A program made the translations under genes and the position numbers. Shown one piece after another: positions 18,577 to 28,472 of a DNA stretch of 64,000 bases. Below the pieces are notes generated by a model. It saw only the letters and a program-made list of their open reading frames with translations. It searched no databases and was not told the DNA's origin. This DNA is from an uncultured Actinomycetes bacterium (GTDB lineage: Bacteria > Actinomycetota > Thermoleophilia > Gaiellales > Gaiellaceae). The stretch's first letter is position 1, and each line of letters begins with the position of its first letter. The stretch covers positions 110,396-174,395 of the forward strand of contig CAVRBT010000015.1 of assembly GCA_963719275.1 (NCBI GenBank), in the 5' to 3' direction.

Positions 18577-19737
18577 CTACGACCGCAGCGGCCGCAGCAG
18601 ATGCACGCCTGCGAGCGGAAACACCGCCGCGACCGCGAACCCGACGCGCCACGAGCTCGCGGCGACCACGGCCGCGAACGCCGGCGGGACCACGGCGCCC
18701 GCCGCAGCGAGCGCGCTCTGTTGCATCCCCAGCGCGGCGCCGGATCTGGTCCGTCCCGCGATCTCGGCTGCAGCGGTGAACGAGAGCCCGTTCCAGGCCA
18801 TGGCCAGGCCGCCCGCCAACACGAACGCGGGCACGAGCACGGCCAGCGGCGCCGACAACAACGCCGCCGCAACCGCCAGCGTCACCGCGCTGCCGAGCCC
18901 CACCAGCCGCAGCGGCTCGATCCGCGTCCCGAGCCGGTCCGACCAGCGCCCGCCACCGATGCGTAGCGCCGCAGCCAGGACCTGAACGGCGGCGAGCACA
19001 CCGGCCGCGGCGGCCTCCGACAGCCCGCGCTCGTCGTGGAGGAACAGCACGAGAAAACCCATCACCGCGAGCTGCGCCACCAGGTAGAAGCCGCTTGCAG
19101 AGCACAGGAGCCAGAGTCGGTGATCGCGGAGGGTCGCAGCGATCGTGCGCGCCTCGAGCACGTCGTCCTCGGCCGCACCCTTCCGCTCGCGAATCGCAGC
19201 CGCGCCGAACAGCGCCCCGGCAAAGCACAACGCTGCGAGGAAGACGAACGCGGAACGCAGCCCGAGCGACGGGAGCACCAGTGCCGAGATCAGCCCGCCG
19301 AGGGGGATCGCCGTCTGGCGCACCCCGAGAGCGAAGCCGCGCTCCGCGGCCGGGAACCACTGCATGACCGCGCGCCCGCTCGCGGCGTTCACGCTCGCGC
19401 CGGCCGCGCCGGCGAGCACGACGAGCACGATCAGCGAGCCGAAGCTCTGCGCGTACCCAGCCGCGATCAGGGCGGCACCGCAAAGGCCGAGGCCGGCGCC
19501 GAGCACGAGCCGCTCGCCGACACGATCGGCGAGCAGGCCCCACGGCAGCAGCGTCAGCAACGTCCCGATCCAGAGACTGTCGAGCAGGACTCCGACCTGG
19601 ACGAGCGAGAGCGAGTGGGCGTCGCGCAGTGCCGGCGCCAGCACAGGCAGCCCGACGATCACGGCCGAGAAGGACGTCTGCGCTGCCGTGCCCGCCGCGA
19701 GGACGAGCCAGCGGTAACGACGGTGAGCGCCTTTCAC
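18577..19737 (-). CDS. MFS transporter
   Basis: ORF 18577..19737 (386 aa), with 12 hydrophobic segments and LLADRVGER after TM2. Confidence 0.8.
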   Translation of the reverse strand: MKGAHRRYRWLVLAAGTAAQTSFSAVIVGLPVLAPALRDAHSLSLVQVGVLLDSLWIGTLLTLLPWGLLADRVGERLVLGAGLGLCGAALIAAGYAQSFGSLIVLVVLAGAAGASVNAASGRAVMQWFPAAERGFALGVRQTAIPLGGLISALVLPSLGLRSAFVFLAALCFAGALFGAAAIRERKGAAEDDVLEARTIAATLRDHRLWLLCSASGFYLVAQLAVMGFLVLFLHDERGLSEAAAAGVLAAVQVLAAALRIGGGRWSDRLGTRIEPLRLVGLGSAVTLAVAAALLSAPLAVLVPAFVLAGGLAMAWNGLSFTAAAEIAGRTRSGAALGMQQSALAAAGAVVPPAFAAVVAASSWRVGFAVAAVFPLAGVHLLRPLRS

Positions 19738-19771
19738 GATGAAGCCTTGTGACGTCGGCCTGAAAGGCGCT

Positions 19772-21244
19772 CTAGAGGCCGAACGGGTTGAACGGCTTCG
19801 GGCTCGTCGAGACGATCACGCTCTTCGTCTCGAGGTACGCGTCGAGCGTCTCGAGCCCGAGCTCGCGACCGAAGCCGGACTGCTTGTACCCGCCGAACGG
19901 GATTCCCGGGAAGGCGGTGAACGGCATGTTGATCCCGACCGTCCCGGCCTTGATCCGCCGCGCGAGCCGGTGCCCGCGGGCGGGATCCCCCGTCCAGACC
20001 GTCGCCATCAACCCGTAGCGCACGTCGTTCGCGATCCGGACCGCATCCTTCTCGTCTTCGAACGGGGTCACCGTCACCACCGGCCCGAAGATCTCCTCCT
20101 GGGCCACGCGCATCGAGTTGTCGACCTGCGCAAGCACCGTCGGCGGGTAGAAGGCGCCCTTGCCGTCGGCTGGCTCGCCGCCCGTGACGACCTCCGCGCC
20201 CTCCTCGCGCCCGGCCTCGACGTAGCCGTGGACGCGCTCGCGATGCTCTTCGGAGATCAGCGACCCGACCTGAGTCTCAGCCTCGAGCGGGTCGCCCACC
20301 TTCAGGCTCGAGGCGGCCCTCGCGAAGCGCGAGACGAAGTCATCGTAGATCGACCGCTCCACCAGCACGCGAGAGCGGGCCTCACAGCTCTGGCCGGCCG
20401 AGTAGTAGATCGCCCACACGGAGCTCGGGATCGCGTCGTCGAGGTTCGCGTCGGCGAAGACGATGTTCGGGCTCTTGCCGCCGAGCTCGAGGATCAGGCG
20501 CTTGATCCCGTCGGAGGCGAGCCGCATGATCTCCGCCCCCGTCGCCGTGGAGCCGGTGAACGCGACCTTCTCGATCCCCGGGTGCCGCACGATGTGCGCC
20601 CCCACCGACGGCCCTGGCCCTGGCACGACGTTGATCGCCCCCGGCGGAAAACCGGCCTCGGTGGCGAGCTCGGCCATCCGCAGCGCCGAGAGCGGCGTCG
20701 CCGAGTCGGGCTTCAGCACGACCGTGCAGCCCGCCGCGAGCGCCGGCGCGAGCTTCCAGGTCGTCATCATCAGCGGGTAGTTCCAGGGCACGATCTGGCC
20801 GCAGACGCCCACGGGCTCTTTCAGCGAGTAGAAGAGCAGCGAGCCCCCGATCGGATTCGAGCGCCCGCCGATCGACGCGATCGCGGAGCCGTAGAAGCGG
20901 AAGTTCTCGACCGCCTGGGCGAGCTCGGCCTTCACCGACGAGATCGCCTTGCCGACGTTGCGCGCCTCGAGCTCGGCCAGCTCCTTCCGGTTGGCGACCA
21001 GCGCGTCGGCGAGCGCGTGCAGGAGGCGGGAGCGCTCTGTCGGCGGCGTCTTCGCCCACGGCCCTTCGAGCGCTGCGCGGGCGGCGTCGACGGCACGCTC
21101 GACGTCGTGCTCGCTGGCCATCGCGACGGTCGCGAGCGGCTCGCCCGACGCCGGCTCGATCAGCTCGCGCGTCTGGCCGGACGACGCCTCCGTGCTCTCG
21201 CCGTTGATGAAGAGCCCGTACTCGCGCTTCGTGACAACCGCCAT
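19772..21244 (-). CDS. NAD(P)-dependent aldehyde dehydrogenase
   Basis: ATG at 21244 (MAVVTKREYGLFINGE...) inside ORF 19772..22501. Motifs: FTGSTATG, ELGGKSP, catalytic AGQSCEA, EEIFGPV. Confidence 0.9.
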   Translation of the reverse strand: MAVVTKREYGLFINGESTEASSGQTRELIEPASGEPLATVAMASEHDVERAVDAARAALEGPWAKTPPTERSRLLHALADALVANRKELAELEARNVGKAISSVKAELAQAVENFRFYGSAIASIGGRSNPIGGSLLFYSLKEPVGVCGQIVPWNYPLMMTTWKLAPALAAGCTVVLKPDSATPLSALRMAELATEAGFPPGAINVVPGPGPSVGAHIVRHPGIEKVAFTGSTATGAEIMRLASDGIKRLILELGGKSPNIVFADANLDDAIPSSVWAIYYSAGQSCEARSRVLVERSIYDDFVSRFARAASSLKVGDPLEAETQVGSLISEEHRERVHGYVEAGREEGAEVVTGGEPADGKGAFYPPTVLAQVDNSMRVAQEEIFGPVVTVTPFEDEKDAVRIANDVRYGLMATVWTGDPARGHRLARRIKAGTVGINMPFTAFPGIPFGGYKQSGFGRELGLETLDAYLETKSVIVSTSPKPFNPFGL

Positions 21245-21274
21245 GCGGGCCGGAAGATACCGCTTGTGGACCGG

Positions 21275-21303
21275 TTGACCCGATGCCGGGAGGGTCGTAC
21301 CAT
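21275..21303 (+). promoter_or_regulatory. candidate promoter TTGACC-N17-TACCAT
   Basis: The hexamers were read at 21275-21280 and 21298-21303, about 30 nt upstream of the ATG at 21332. Confidence 0.35.
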
Positions 21304-21331
21304 CGGCCGCGTTCCGACGCGGGGGGTCTCG

Positions 21332-22810
21332 ATGCTCAAACGCCGGGTTCTGGTTGGCGCCTTCGCCGCGGCGCTTGCGATTGCGACGGGGACGGCGCTC
21401 TCGCAGTGGGCGGCGACGAGCTCGGCACCGTCCCGCGAAGCCGCCACGCGTGGGGGCGCCCTCGAAGGGCAGGAAGAAGACGAGGTCGCGGCGGAGCGCT
21501 TGGAGGCGCTCGCCGAGGCGCGGGCACGGGGCCTGTTCGGTGCCAAGGCAGCCCCGACCACGCGACCGGCACCCGGGTGGGTGGGCTCGCGGCTTCTGAA
21601 CGCGACCGCCGACGACTGGGAACCGGCGGTCGCGACCGACCCGGCGGCGCCGTACGTCTACCTGCTCACCACCCGCTACGGCGTGCAGCCTCCGGGCTGC
21701 TCCAACCACTGCCCTTCGCCGTTCATCGCGCTGACGAGCTCGCCGAACGGGGGTGCGACGTTCGGCGCGCAGACCGCGCTGTGCCTGTGCCTCGGCTCGA
21801 AGGCCCAGTACGACCCGACCATCGAGGTGGTTCCGAACACGGGCGCCGTCTACTCCGTCTTCCTGAACGGCGACCGCCACAACGGCTTCTCGACGGTCTT
21901 CACGAAGTCGACCGACCACGGCGCGACGTGGTCCGCGCCCGTGCACGTCTACGGGAACGTCTCGTGGACGGACAAGCCGGAGGTCGCAACCAGCGCGTCC
22001 GGGAAGGACATCTACGTCTCGTGGAACGGCCCGCAGGGCGGCGACCTGTACGTCGGGCAGTCCCACGACTACGGCGCGACCTGGACGCAGCAGAAGCTGA
22101 CCGACTCGAAGCGCTACTACTACGCCTACGACGGGCGCGTGCTCCCCGACGGGACGGTCGTCTTCTCGGAGAGCAGCCTCCAGTACTCCGGCTCGACGAC
22201 GGTGGAGGGAGAGGTCTGGCACCACGCGATCGTCTCGCGCGACGGCGGAGCGGCCTGGGAGAACGTCGTCGTCGCGAGGGTGCCCATCGGGGAGGCGTGC
22301 GTCGCCGACGGCTGCAAGCCCGATTTCTACATCGGCCAGACGTCGGTCGTGTCCGACACGCCGGCCCACCTCGTCCTCGCCTACGAAGGGCCAAGTGTGG
22401 CCGGCGGCCCGCAGCAGGTCTACGTCTCCGCGTCGTCGGACGAGGGCCGCAGCTGGAGCGCAGGTGTCCCGATCTCGGTTGCCGGAGAGGATGCGACACA
22501 ACCCCGGCTCGCGTCGTTCGGCGGAAGCACTCGTCTCTGGTACATGCAGACGGCCGGCGGCGACAATCCCGACGCCTGGAACGTCCTGTATCGGAACTCG
22601 GCCGACGGAGGGACGACGTGGTCGGTTCCGGTGAAGATCTCGGATGCGCCCGCCGGAGCGGCCGGCTACGTCGGCGCGGACGGGTTCGCGGAGGTCTACG
22701 GCGACTACGGCGAGATCGCCGTCACGAACACGGGCAAGACCGTTGCCGCCTGGGGCGAGGGCTTCTCCTACACGGGACCCGGCGGCACCTGGTTCAACGT
22801 GCAGCGCTGA
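21332..22810 (+). CDS. secreted Asp-box (BNR) repeat beta-propeller protein, sialidase-like fold
   Basis: ATG at 21332 inside ORF 19739..22810. Signal peptide MLKRRVLVGAFAAALAIATGTA. Asp-boxes: STDHGATW, SHDYGATW, SRDGGAAW, SSDEGRSW, SADGGTTW. Confidence 0.8.
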   Translation: MLKRRVLVGAFAAALAIATGTALSQWAATSSAPSREAATRGGALEGQEEDEVAAERLEALAEARARGLFGAKAAPTTRPAPGWVGSRLLNATADDWEPAVATDPAAPYVYLLTTRYGVQPPGCSNHCPSPFIALTSSPNGGATFGAQTALCLCLGSKAQYDPTIEVVPNTGAVYSVFLNGDRHNGFSTVFTKSTDHGATWSAPVHVYGNVSWTDKPEVATSASGKDIYVSWNGPQGGDLYVGQSHDYGATWTQQKLTDSKRYYYAYDGRVLPDGTVVFSESSLQYSGSTTVEGEVWHHAIVSRDGGAAWENVVVARVPIGEACVADGCKPDFYIGQTSVVSDTPAHLVLAYEGPSVAGGPQQVYVSASSDEGRSWSAGVPISVAGEDATQPRLASFGGSTRLWYMQTAGGDNPDAWNVLYRNSADGGTTWSVPVKISDAPAGAAGYVGADGFAEVYGDYGEIAVTNTGKTVAAWGEGFSYTGPGGTWFNVQR

Positions 22811-22851
22811 GCGCCGCGGCGGCCGGGGAGCCGATCGGGGATACTGGGTGC

Positions 22852-23103
22852 GTGAGCGACAACCTCGAGGTCCAGGCTGCGCGGATTCCGGATCGCGACC
22901 GGCTGCTGGCGGAGCTGCGCGAGGCCGGCCTTGACGCGAGGCCGGTGGACGAGGTCGGGATCGAAGTCCGGGTGGGCGACCAAGCCGAAGAGGTCGCCGA
23001 CGAGGTCTTCTCGCACGTCGAGGACGTGACGATGCGGATCGGCGCCAACTTCGTGCCGATCAAGCACGAGGGCGTCATCTACGTCCGCCCGCCGCTGAGC
23101 TGA
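22852..23103 (+). CDS. small acidic hypothetical protein
   Basis: GTG at 22852 inside ORF 21283..23103. The 83-aa tail has normal amino-acid composition, unlike the Arg-rich upstream part. No family recognised. Confidence 0.4.
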   Translation: MSDNLEVQAARIPDRDRLLAELREAGLDARPVDEVGIEVRVGDQAEEVADEVFSHVEDVTMRIGANFVPIKHEGVIYVRPPLS

Positions 23104-23147
23104 TCCCCGGACTGCACCCGCCGGACCCCCCGCTGAGCGACGGGGTC

Positions 23148-23696
23148 GTGACCCTGCGGGTTCCGGACGAGACTCGGGACGCCGCCTCGCTGCGGCACTT
23201 CGAGGATCCGGAGATCGTGCGCTGGCTCCTGGGCGGGCCGCCGCAGCCGCCGGACCCGAGCAGCGCCTTCGCGCAGCAGTTGGCGTGGTGGCGGGCCGGA
23301 ACGAACGCCGCCTTCTCGATCGACGCCGAGGGCCACGACGAGCGAGTCGGGGTGACGCGCGTGATGTTCGGGCTTGTCGACCCGTTCGGCTTCGCGGAGA
23401 TCGGCTACATCCTCTTTCCCGACGGGCGCGGCCGCGGGTACGCGACGCGGGCGGTCAGGCTCGTCGCGGCCTGGGTCTTCGACGACCTGGGACTTGGGCG
23501 CCTCCAGGCGCGGACCTCGCCGGGAAACGTCGCGTCGGAGCACGTGCTGGAACGGGTCGGCTTCCGGCGCGAGGGGCTTGCGCGCTCCGGGTTCGTGCTC
23601 CCCGAGAGCCGCGAGTGGGTCGACACGACGATGTGGTCGTTGCTGCCGGGCGAGGTCGCTAGGCCGAGAGGTCGGCCGCCAGCACGCGCGAGGTAA
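23148..23696 (+). CDS. GNAT family N-acetyltransferase (RimJ/RimL-like)
   Basis: ORF 23148..23696. The acetyl-CoA site RGRGYATRAVRLVAAWVFDDLGLGRLQA is present. The start may lie slightly upstream. Confidence 0.8.
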   Translation: MTLRVPDETRDAASLRHFEDPEIVRWLLGGPPQPPDPSSAFAQQLAWWRAGTNAAFSIDAEGHDERVGVTRVMFGLVDPFGFAEIGYILFPDGRGRGYATRAVRLVAAWVFDDLGLGRLQARTSPGNVASEHVLERVGFRREGLARSGFVLPESREWVDTTMWSLLPGEVARPRGRPPARAR

Positions 23697-24828
23697 GGAG
23701 CTCGCGAAGCCGGGCCACGTCTTCCGCCACGTACGCGGAGACGAGCTCGTAGCCCTGCCAGTACGTGTGCTGGTAGGCCGGCGAGGGGCTGCGCACCTGC
23801 GAGTCGACCATCTTGTCGAGCCGGTCGTCGGGCAGTAGCGACCACGCCGCCGCGTACTCGCGCGCCTCTTCCGGCGCCGCGCCGCGGCCGTGCAGCAGCA
23901 TCGCGACGTTCGCCGACACGGGGGCGAGGAGGTCACGCGCCTCGACGACCCGTGACCCGATCTCAGCGTCGTACTCGAACCCGAGGCGACCGAGCACCGC
24001 GGCGGCAAGCTCCTGCCCGTCCCCTGCGACGAGCTCCGGCCCCGTCTCGGCGATGCCCTCCGAGATCACGGCCTCCGGCGCCCAGAGGAGGTCGAGCGTC
24101 CGCTCGATCTCGCCCCGGCCCCGCACGAGCTCGGCCTCGATCCAGGCGCGATGGGTGTGGTGGCCGGCGTAGATCTCGTGCGAGGTGAGGTGCACGAGGC
24201 TGGCCGCAGGCAGCGGCAGGTCGGTGTTGATCGAGATCTTCGTTCGCAGGGTGCCCAGGTACTCCGCATACCCGAGCCAGCGCTCGCCCGTGACGAGCGC
24301 GAGCTCGAACTCTTCGCCGTCCGGGAGCCCGATCTGCTCACGAGTCAGGCGCCGCAGCTCCGCTGCGACATCGAGAAGCGCCTGCTCGAGGAGCTCCCGC
24401 GGGATCGCGATCTGCTCGAGCCAGGCCGCGTAGCGCGCTCGGAGGTCGCCGTTCCCCGGCAGCGTTTCGGCGAGCAGCCCGGCCGCGCGACGGAAGGCCT
24501 CCTCGTCGTGCCAGATCGGCTCGATGCCGTAGACCAGGCGTCCTTCCTCGACGTATTCGAAGCGCTCGCCGGCCAGCTTGCGCGCGTTCGCGCCGAGCGC
24601 CTGCACCTGTGCCGCCAGCCACGGATCGTCGCCGAGCTCGGCGAACAGCGCCTCCGCGTCCTCCGCGAGCGCAGCGGGGTCGCGGAGGCCCTCGGCCTTC
24701 ACCCGCTGCACCAGCTCCTCCGAGCCGTAGAAGGAGTCGACGAGATCCTCGTCGTGCTTCCCGAGCCGCAGCGCGAGCTCGAGGTAGCGCGCGATTCGAC
24801 GCTCACCCGCAACGGCGTCCACGTTCAC
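23659..24828 (-). CDS. hypothetical protein with HExxGHH motif (DUF885-like putative metallopeptidase)
   Basis: ORF 23659..24828 (389 aa) with normal composition. HLTSHEIYAGHHTH resembles the DUF885 zinc-site motif. The family call is tentative. Confidence 0.5.
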   Translation of the reverse strand: MNVDAVAGERRIARYLELALRLGKHDEDLVDSFYGSEELVQRVKAEGLRDPAALAEDAEALFAELGDDPWLAAQVQALGANARKLAGERFEYVEEGRLVYGIEPIWHDEEAFRRAAGLLAETLPGNGDLRARYAAWLEQIAIPRELLEQALLDVAAELRRLTREQIGLPDGEEFELALVTGERWLGYAEYLGTLRTKISINTDLPLPAASLVHLTSHEIYAGHHTHRAWIEAELVRGRGEIERTLDLLWAPEAVISEGIAETGPELVAGDGQELAAAVLGRLGFEYDAEIGSRVVEARDLLAPVSANVAMLLHGRGAAPEEAREYAAAWSLLPDDRLDKMVDSQVRSPSPAYQHTYWQGYELVSAYVAEDVARLRELLTSRVLAADLSA

Positions 24829-24856
24829 TGCCCCATTCTGCGCAGCGGCTCCGAAC

Positions 24857-25004
24857 CGGGGTCAGGTCTTGCGATGCCGCACATCTGCGCCGACTTCGCA
24901 ACAACTCGCCCACACGCTCCCCGTGTGGGCAAAGCAGGGCGAAGTAGTCGCACCGCGCGACGCCGATCGCGGTGCCGATGTGGCAATGCAAGACCTGACC
25001 CCGG
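24857..25004. mobile_element. MITE-like element, copy A (148 bp, ~30-bp terminal inverted repeats)
   Basis: CCGGGGTCAGGTCTTGCGATGCCGCACATC ... GATGTGGCAATGCAAGACCTGACCCCGG. No coding capacity. A second copy lies at 45778-45907. Confidence 0.55.
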
Positions 25005-25005
25005 G

Positions 25006-26175
<1,170 letters not shown>

Positions 26176-26246
26176 GCGAGCCAGTGTATTGAGCGGTTTT
26201 AGCGTGCAGGACTCGGCCGAAGGCCGAGTGCTCTGCGCGGGTTCAC

Positions 26247-27074
26247 TTAGCCCACGAACTCCACGCGAACGGCGTGCTCGTAGGTGCCGAGCACCTCGGC
26301 GCGCTTCAGCAGCTCGCGTACGGCCTGCCGGCCCTCGTCGCCGTAGTCGCACGTCAGCTCGTTCACGTACATGCCGACGAAGCGGTCGGCGAGCTCGGTA
26401 TCGAGGCCGCGCCCGAACTGCAGCGCGTACTCCATCGCCTCCTCGCGGTTGTCGAGCCCGGCCTGGATCGAGTCGCGCAACACATCGGAGAGCTCGAACA
26501 GGTTCTCGGCCCCGAGGTCGCGTCGAGCCACGTTCGCGCCGAGCGGCAGCGGCAGGCCCGTCTCCAGCAGCCACCACTCGCCGAGGTCGACGACCTTCTT
26601 CAGCCCCTCAGCCTCGTACGTGAGCTGGCCCTCGTGGATCAGCAGCCCGGCTTCGGCGCGGCCCGACTGCACCTCCTCGATGATCTGGTCGAACGGCACG
26701 GCGCGGTAGCGGAACTGACCAAGGCACATCCGCAGCACCAGGAACGCGGTCGTCAGCTCGCCCGGGATCGCGATCTCGACGTCGCGCGCGTCGGCGAGCG
26801 ACAGCTCCTCGCGGGCGACCACGATCGGACCGTAGCCCGAGCCCATCGAAGCGCCGTGCGGCAGCAGCACGTACTTGTCCTGAACGAGCGGGTACGCCGC
26901 GAGGGAGATCGCGCTGACCTCGAGCTTGCCGTCGAGCGCCCAGGTGTTCAGCGTCTGGATGTCGCGCAGGACATGCTCGAACTCGAAGCGGCGCGGGTCG
27001 ACCTCGCCTGAGGCGAGGCCCCAGAACATGAACGCGTCGTCGGGGTCGGGGCTGTGGCCGAGGCGGATCTCCAT
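26247..27074 (-). CDS. MqnA/MqnD-family protein (futalosine-pathway-like, periplasmic-binding-protein fold)
   Basis: ORF 26247..27074. [15 protein letters not shown] at the N-terminus is typical of the MqnD (1,4-dihydroxy-6-naphthoate synthase) group. Confidence 0.6.
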   Translation of the reverse strand: MEIRLGHSPDPDDAFMFWGLASGEVDPRRFEFEHVLRDIQTLNTWALDGKLEVSAISLAAYPLVQDKYVLLPHGASMGSGYGPIVVAREELSLADARDVEIAIPGELTTAFLVLRMCLGQFRYRAVPFDQIIEEVQSGRAEAGLLIHEGQLTYEAEGLKKVVDLGEWWLLETGLPLPLGANVARRDLGAENLFELSDVLRDSIQAGLDNREEAMEYALQFGRGLDTELADRFVGMYVNELTCDYGDEGRQAVRELLKRAEVLGTYEHAVRVEFVG

Positions 27075-27117
27075 AGAGCGCGAGGAGGCTACCGCAATAG
27101 GGCGGTACGCTGGTCCG

Positions 27118-27549
27118 GTGCCGAAGCCGCCGCTGAGCGACGCGATCCAGGACTACCTGAAGAAGCTCTACCACCTGCAGGCGAACGGCGGCCGGGTCAC
27201 CGTCACGGCGCTCGCGCGGGAGCAGCAGGTCTCGCCTGCGTCGGCCAGCGCGATGGTCAAGAAGCTCGCGGCGCTGGACCTCGTCGAGCACGCGCCCTAC
27301 CGCGGCGTGCGGTTGACGCCCGCGGGCGAGAAGGTCGCCGTCGAGGTGATCCGCCACCACCGGCTGCTCGAGCTCTACCTCGCGCGCACGCTCGGCCTGC
27401 ACGTCGACGCCGTCCACGACGAGGCCGAGCGGCTCGAGCATGTGCTCTCGGAGGAGCTCGAGGCGCGGATCGACAGCGCGCTCGGCTACCCGACGCACGA
27501 CCCGCACGGCGACCCGATCCCGAACGCGGACCTCGAGTGGCCGAAGTGA
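27118..27549 (+). CDS. DtxR/MntR-family metal-dependent transcriptional regulator (no SH3-like domain)
   Basis: GTG at 27118 inside ORF 26926..27549. Motifs: IQDYLKKLYHLQ, a winged HTH, HHRLLELYL, HDPHGDPIP. Confidence 0.8.
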   Translation: MPKPPLSDAIQDYLKKLYHLQANGGRVTVTALAREQQVSPASASAMVKKLAALDLVEHAPYRGVRLTPAGEKVAVEVIRHHRLLELYLARTLGLHVDAVHDEAERLEHVLSEELEARIDSALGYPTHDPHGDPIPNADLEWPK

Positions 27550-27987
27550 CCGTTCCGAAAGCGGAGCTCGTCCCCACCGAGAACGGGCTCGTGCCGAAGG
27601 GCCAAGGCTGGTTCGTGCTGAACGCACGCGAGGCGCAGTGGTGGGACCGCAAGGGCCGCGGCGTCCTCTGCGAGTTCGAGGGCGCGGGCTTCGAGGGCGC
27701 GGCGGACTTCGAGCAGCTCGGGATCAACGTGACGGTGCTCGGGCCGGGCGAGCCGATGAGCATGTACCACTACGAGAACGACCAGGAGGATTTCCTCGTG
27801 CTCGCCGGCGAGGCGCTGGCGCGACCACTCGGTCGGCCCGGAGTGGGGCGCCTACACCGTCAACGAGGCGGCGATTCGGCACGGCGCCGGGGTCGAGGAG
27901 GAAACGGCCGAGCCGACGGTCGCCTATGCGCGCTTCGATCCGAGCGGCCTGGCGCCCTACCCCGAGGGCTCGCTGCCGGACCTGTAG
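27546..27987 (+). pseudogene. cupin-domain gene remnant (internal deletion plus frame change)
   Basis: GTG at 27546 gives VTVPKAELVPTENGLVPKGQGWFVLNAREAQWW...MYHYENDQEDFLVLAGEAL. The plausible C-terminus WRDHSVGPEWGAYTVNEAAIRHGAGVEEETAEPTVAYARF...LPDL, ending at TAG 27985-27987, is in another frame. The span is 442 nt, not a multiple of 3. The second half of the cupin barrel is absent. Confidence 0.5.
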
Positions 27988-28472
27988 CGGCGCGCCGCTT
28001 CCTCGAGTGCGACCGCGCGCTCGAACGCACCGGCCAGGTCCACGCCGAAGCAAACGGGCCCGTGGCCGAGCATCACCACCGCGTCGCCGTCGCTTGCCGC
28101 GGCCACGACCGCCGCGCCCAGCTCGGCGGTCCCGGACGCACCCTCGGCGACCGGCACGCTCGGCCAGGCGGTCGCGTAAGGCGAATGCGTGTGCACGACC
28201 GCGCCGACGTCCGGCCGCGCCGCGAGCACGGCGAGGTGCATCGGCAGCTCGACGCTCGGTGCTCGCCCCTCCACAAGCTCACCCTCCGCCGTCACCAGCG
28301 AGATGTCCTCCGGGCGCAGCGTGTTGTACGGAAGCGACGTGGGCGAGACCGCGACGAGGTCGCCGGCGCGCGCGCTCGCGTTGCCCTCCGTGCCGCGGAC
28401 GAGGCCGCCGGCCTCCATCCGGCGAAGCGTCGAAGCGAGCTCCTCCCGGAGCGCTAGCGCCCGAAGAACCAC
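27957..28472 (-). CDS. class II aldolase/adducin-family protein, unusually short
   Basis: GTG at 28472 inside ORF 27957..28970. Motifs: GTEGNASAR, ELPMH, VVHTHSPYA, LGHGPV. About 20 residues appear to be missing between HTHSPYATA and the GT.EL segment compared with FucA-type enzymes. Confidence 0.6.
   Translation of the reverse strand: MVLRALALREELASTLRRMEAGGLVRGTEGNASARAGDLVAVSPTSLPYNTLRPEDISLVTAEGELVEGRAPSVELPMHLAVLAARPDVGAVVHTHSPYATAWPSVPVAEGASGTAELGAAVVAAASDGDAVVMLGHGPVCFGVDLAGAFERAVALEEAARRYRSGSEPSG

Noticed and set aside
19739-22810. Very long ORFs on the opposite strand or in other frames of real genes. Examples: 19739..22810 (1023 aa) upstream part, 58890..62135 (1081 aa), 56677..58929 (750 aa), 24151..26202 (683 aa), 10772..12520 (582 aa), 15596..17146 (516 aa), 53042..54823 upstream part.
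   Set aside because: Their composition is dominated by Arg/Pro/Ala/Gly with no recognisable motifs. Each overlaps a gene with clear family signatures. This is typical of stop-codon-poor shadow frames in very GC-rich DNA.
27090-27107. The palindrome TACCGC-AATAGG-GCGGTA upstream of the DtxR-family regulator gene, as its operator.
   Set aside because: It has only 6-bp arms and no resemblance to the IdeR/DtxR-type boxes I know. It could easily arise by chance.
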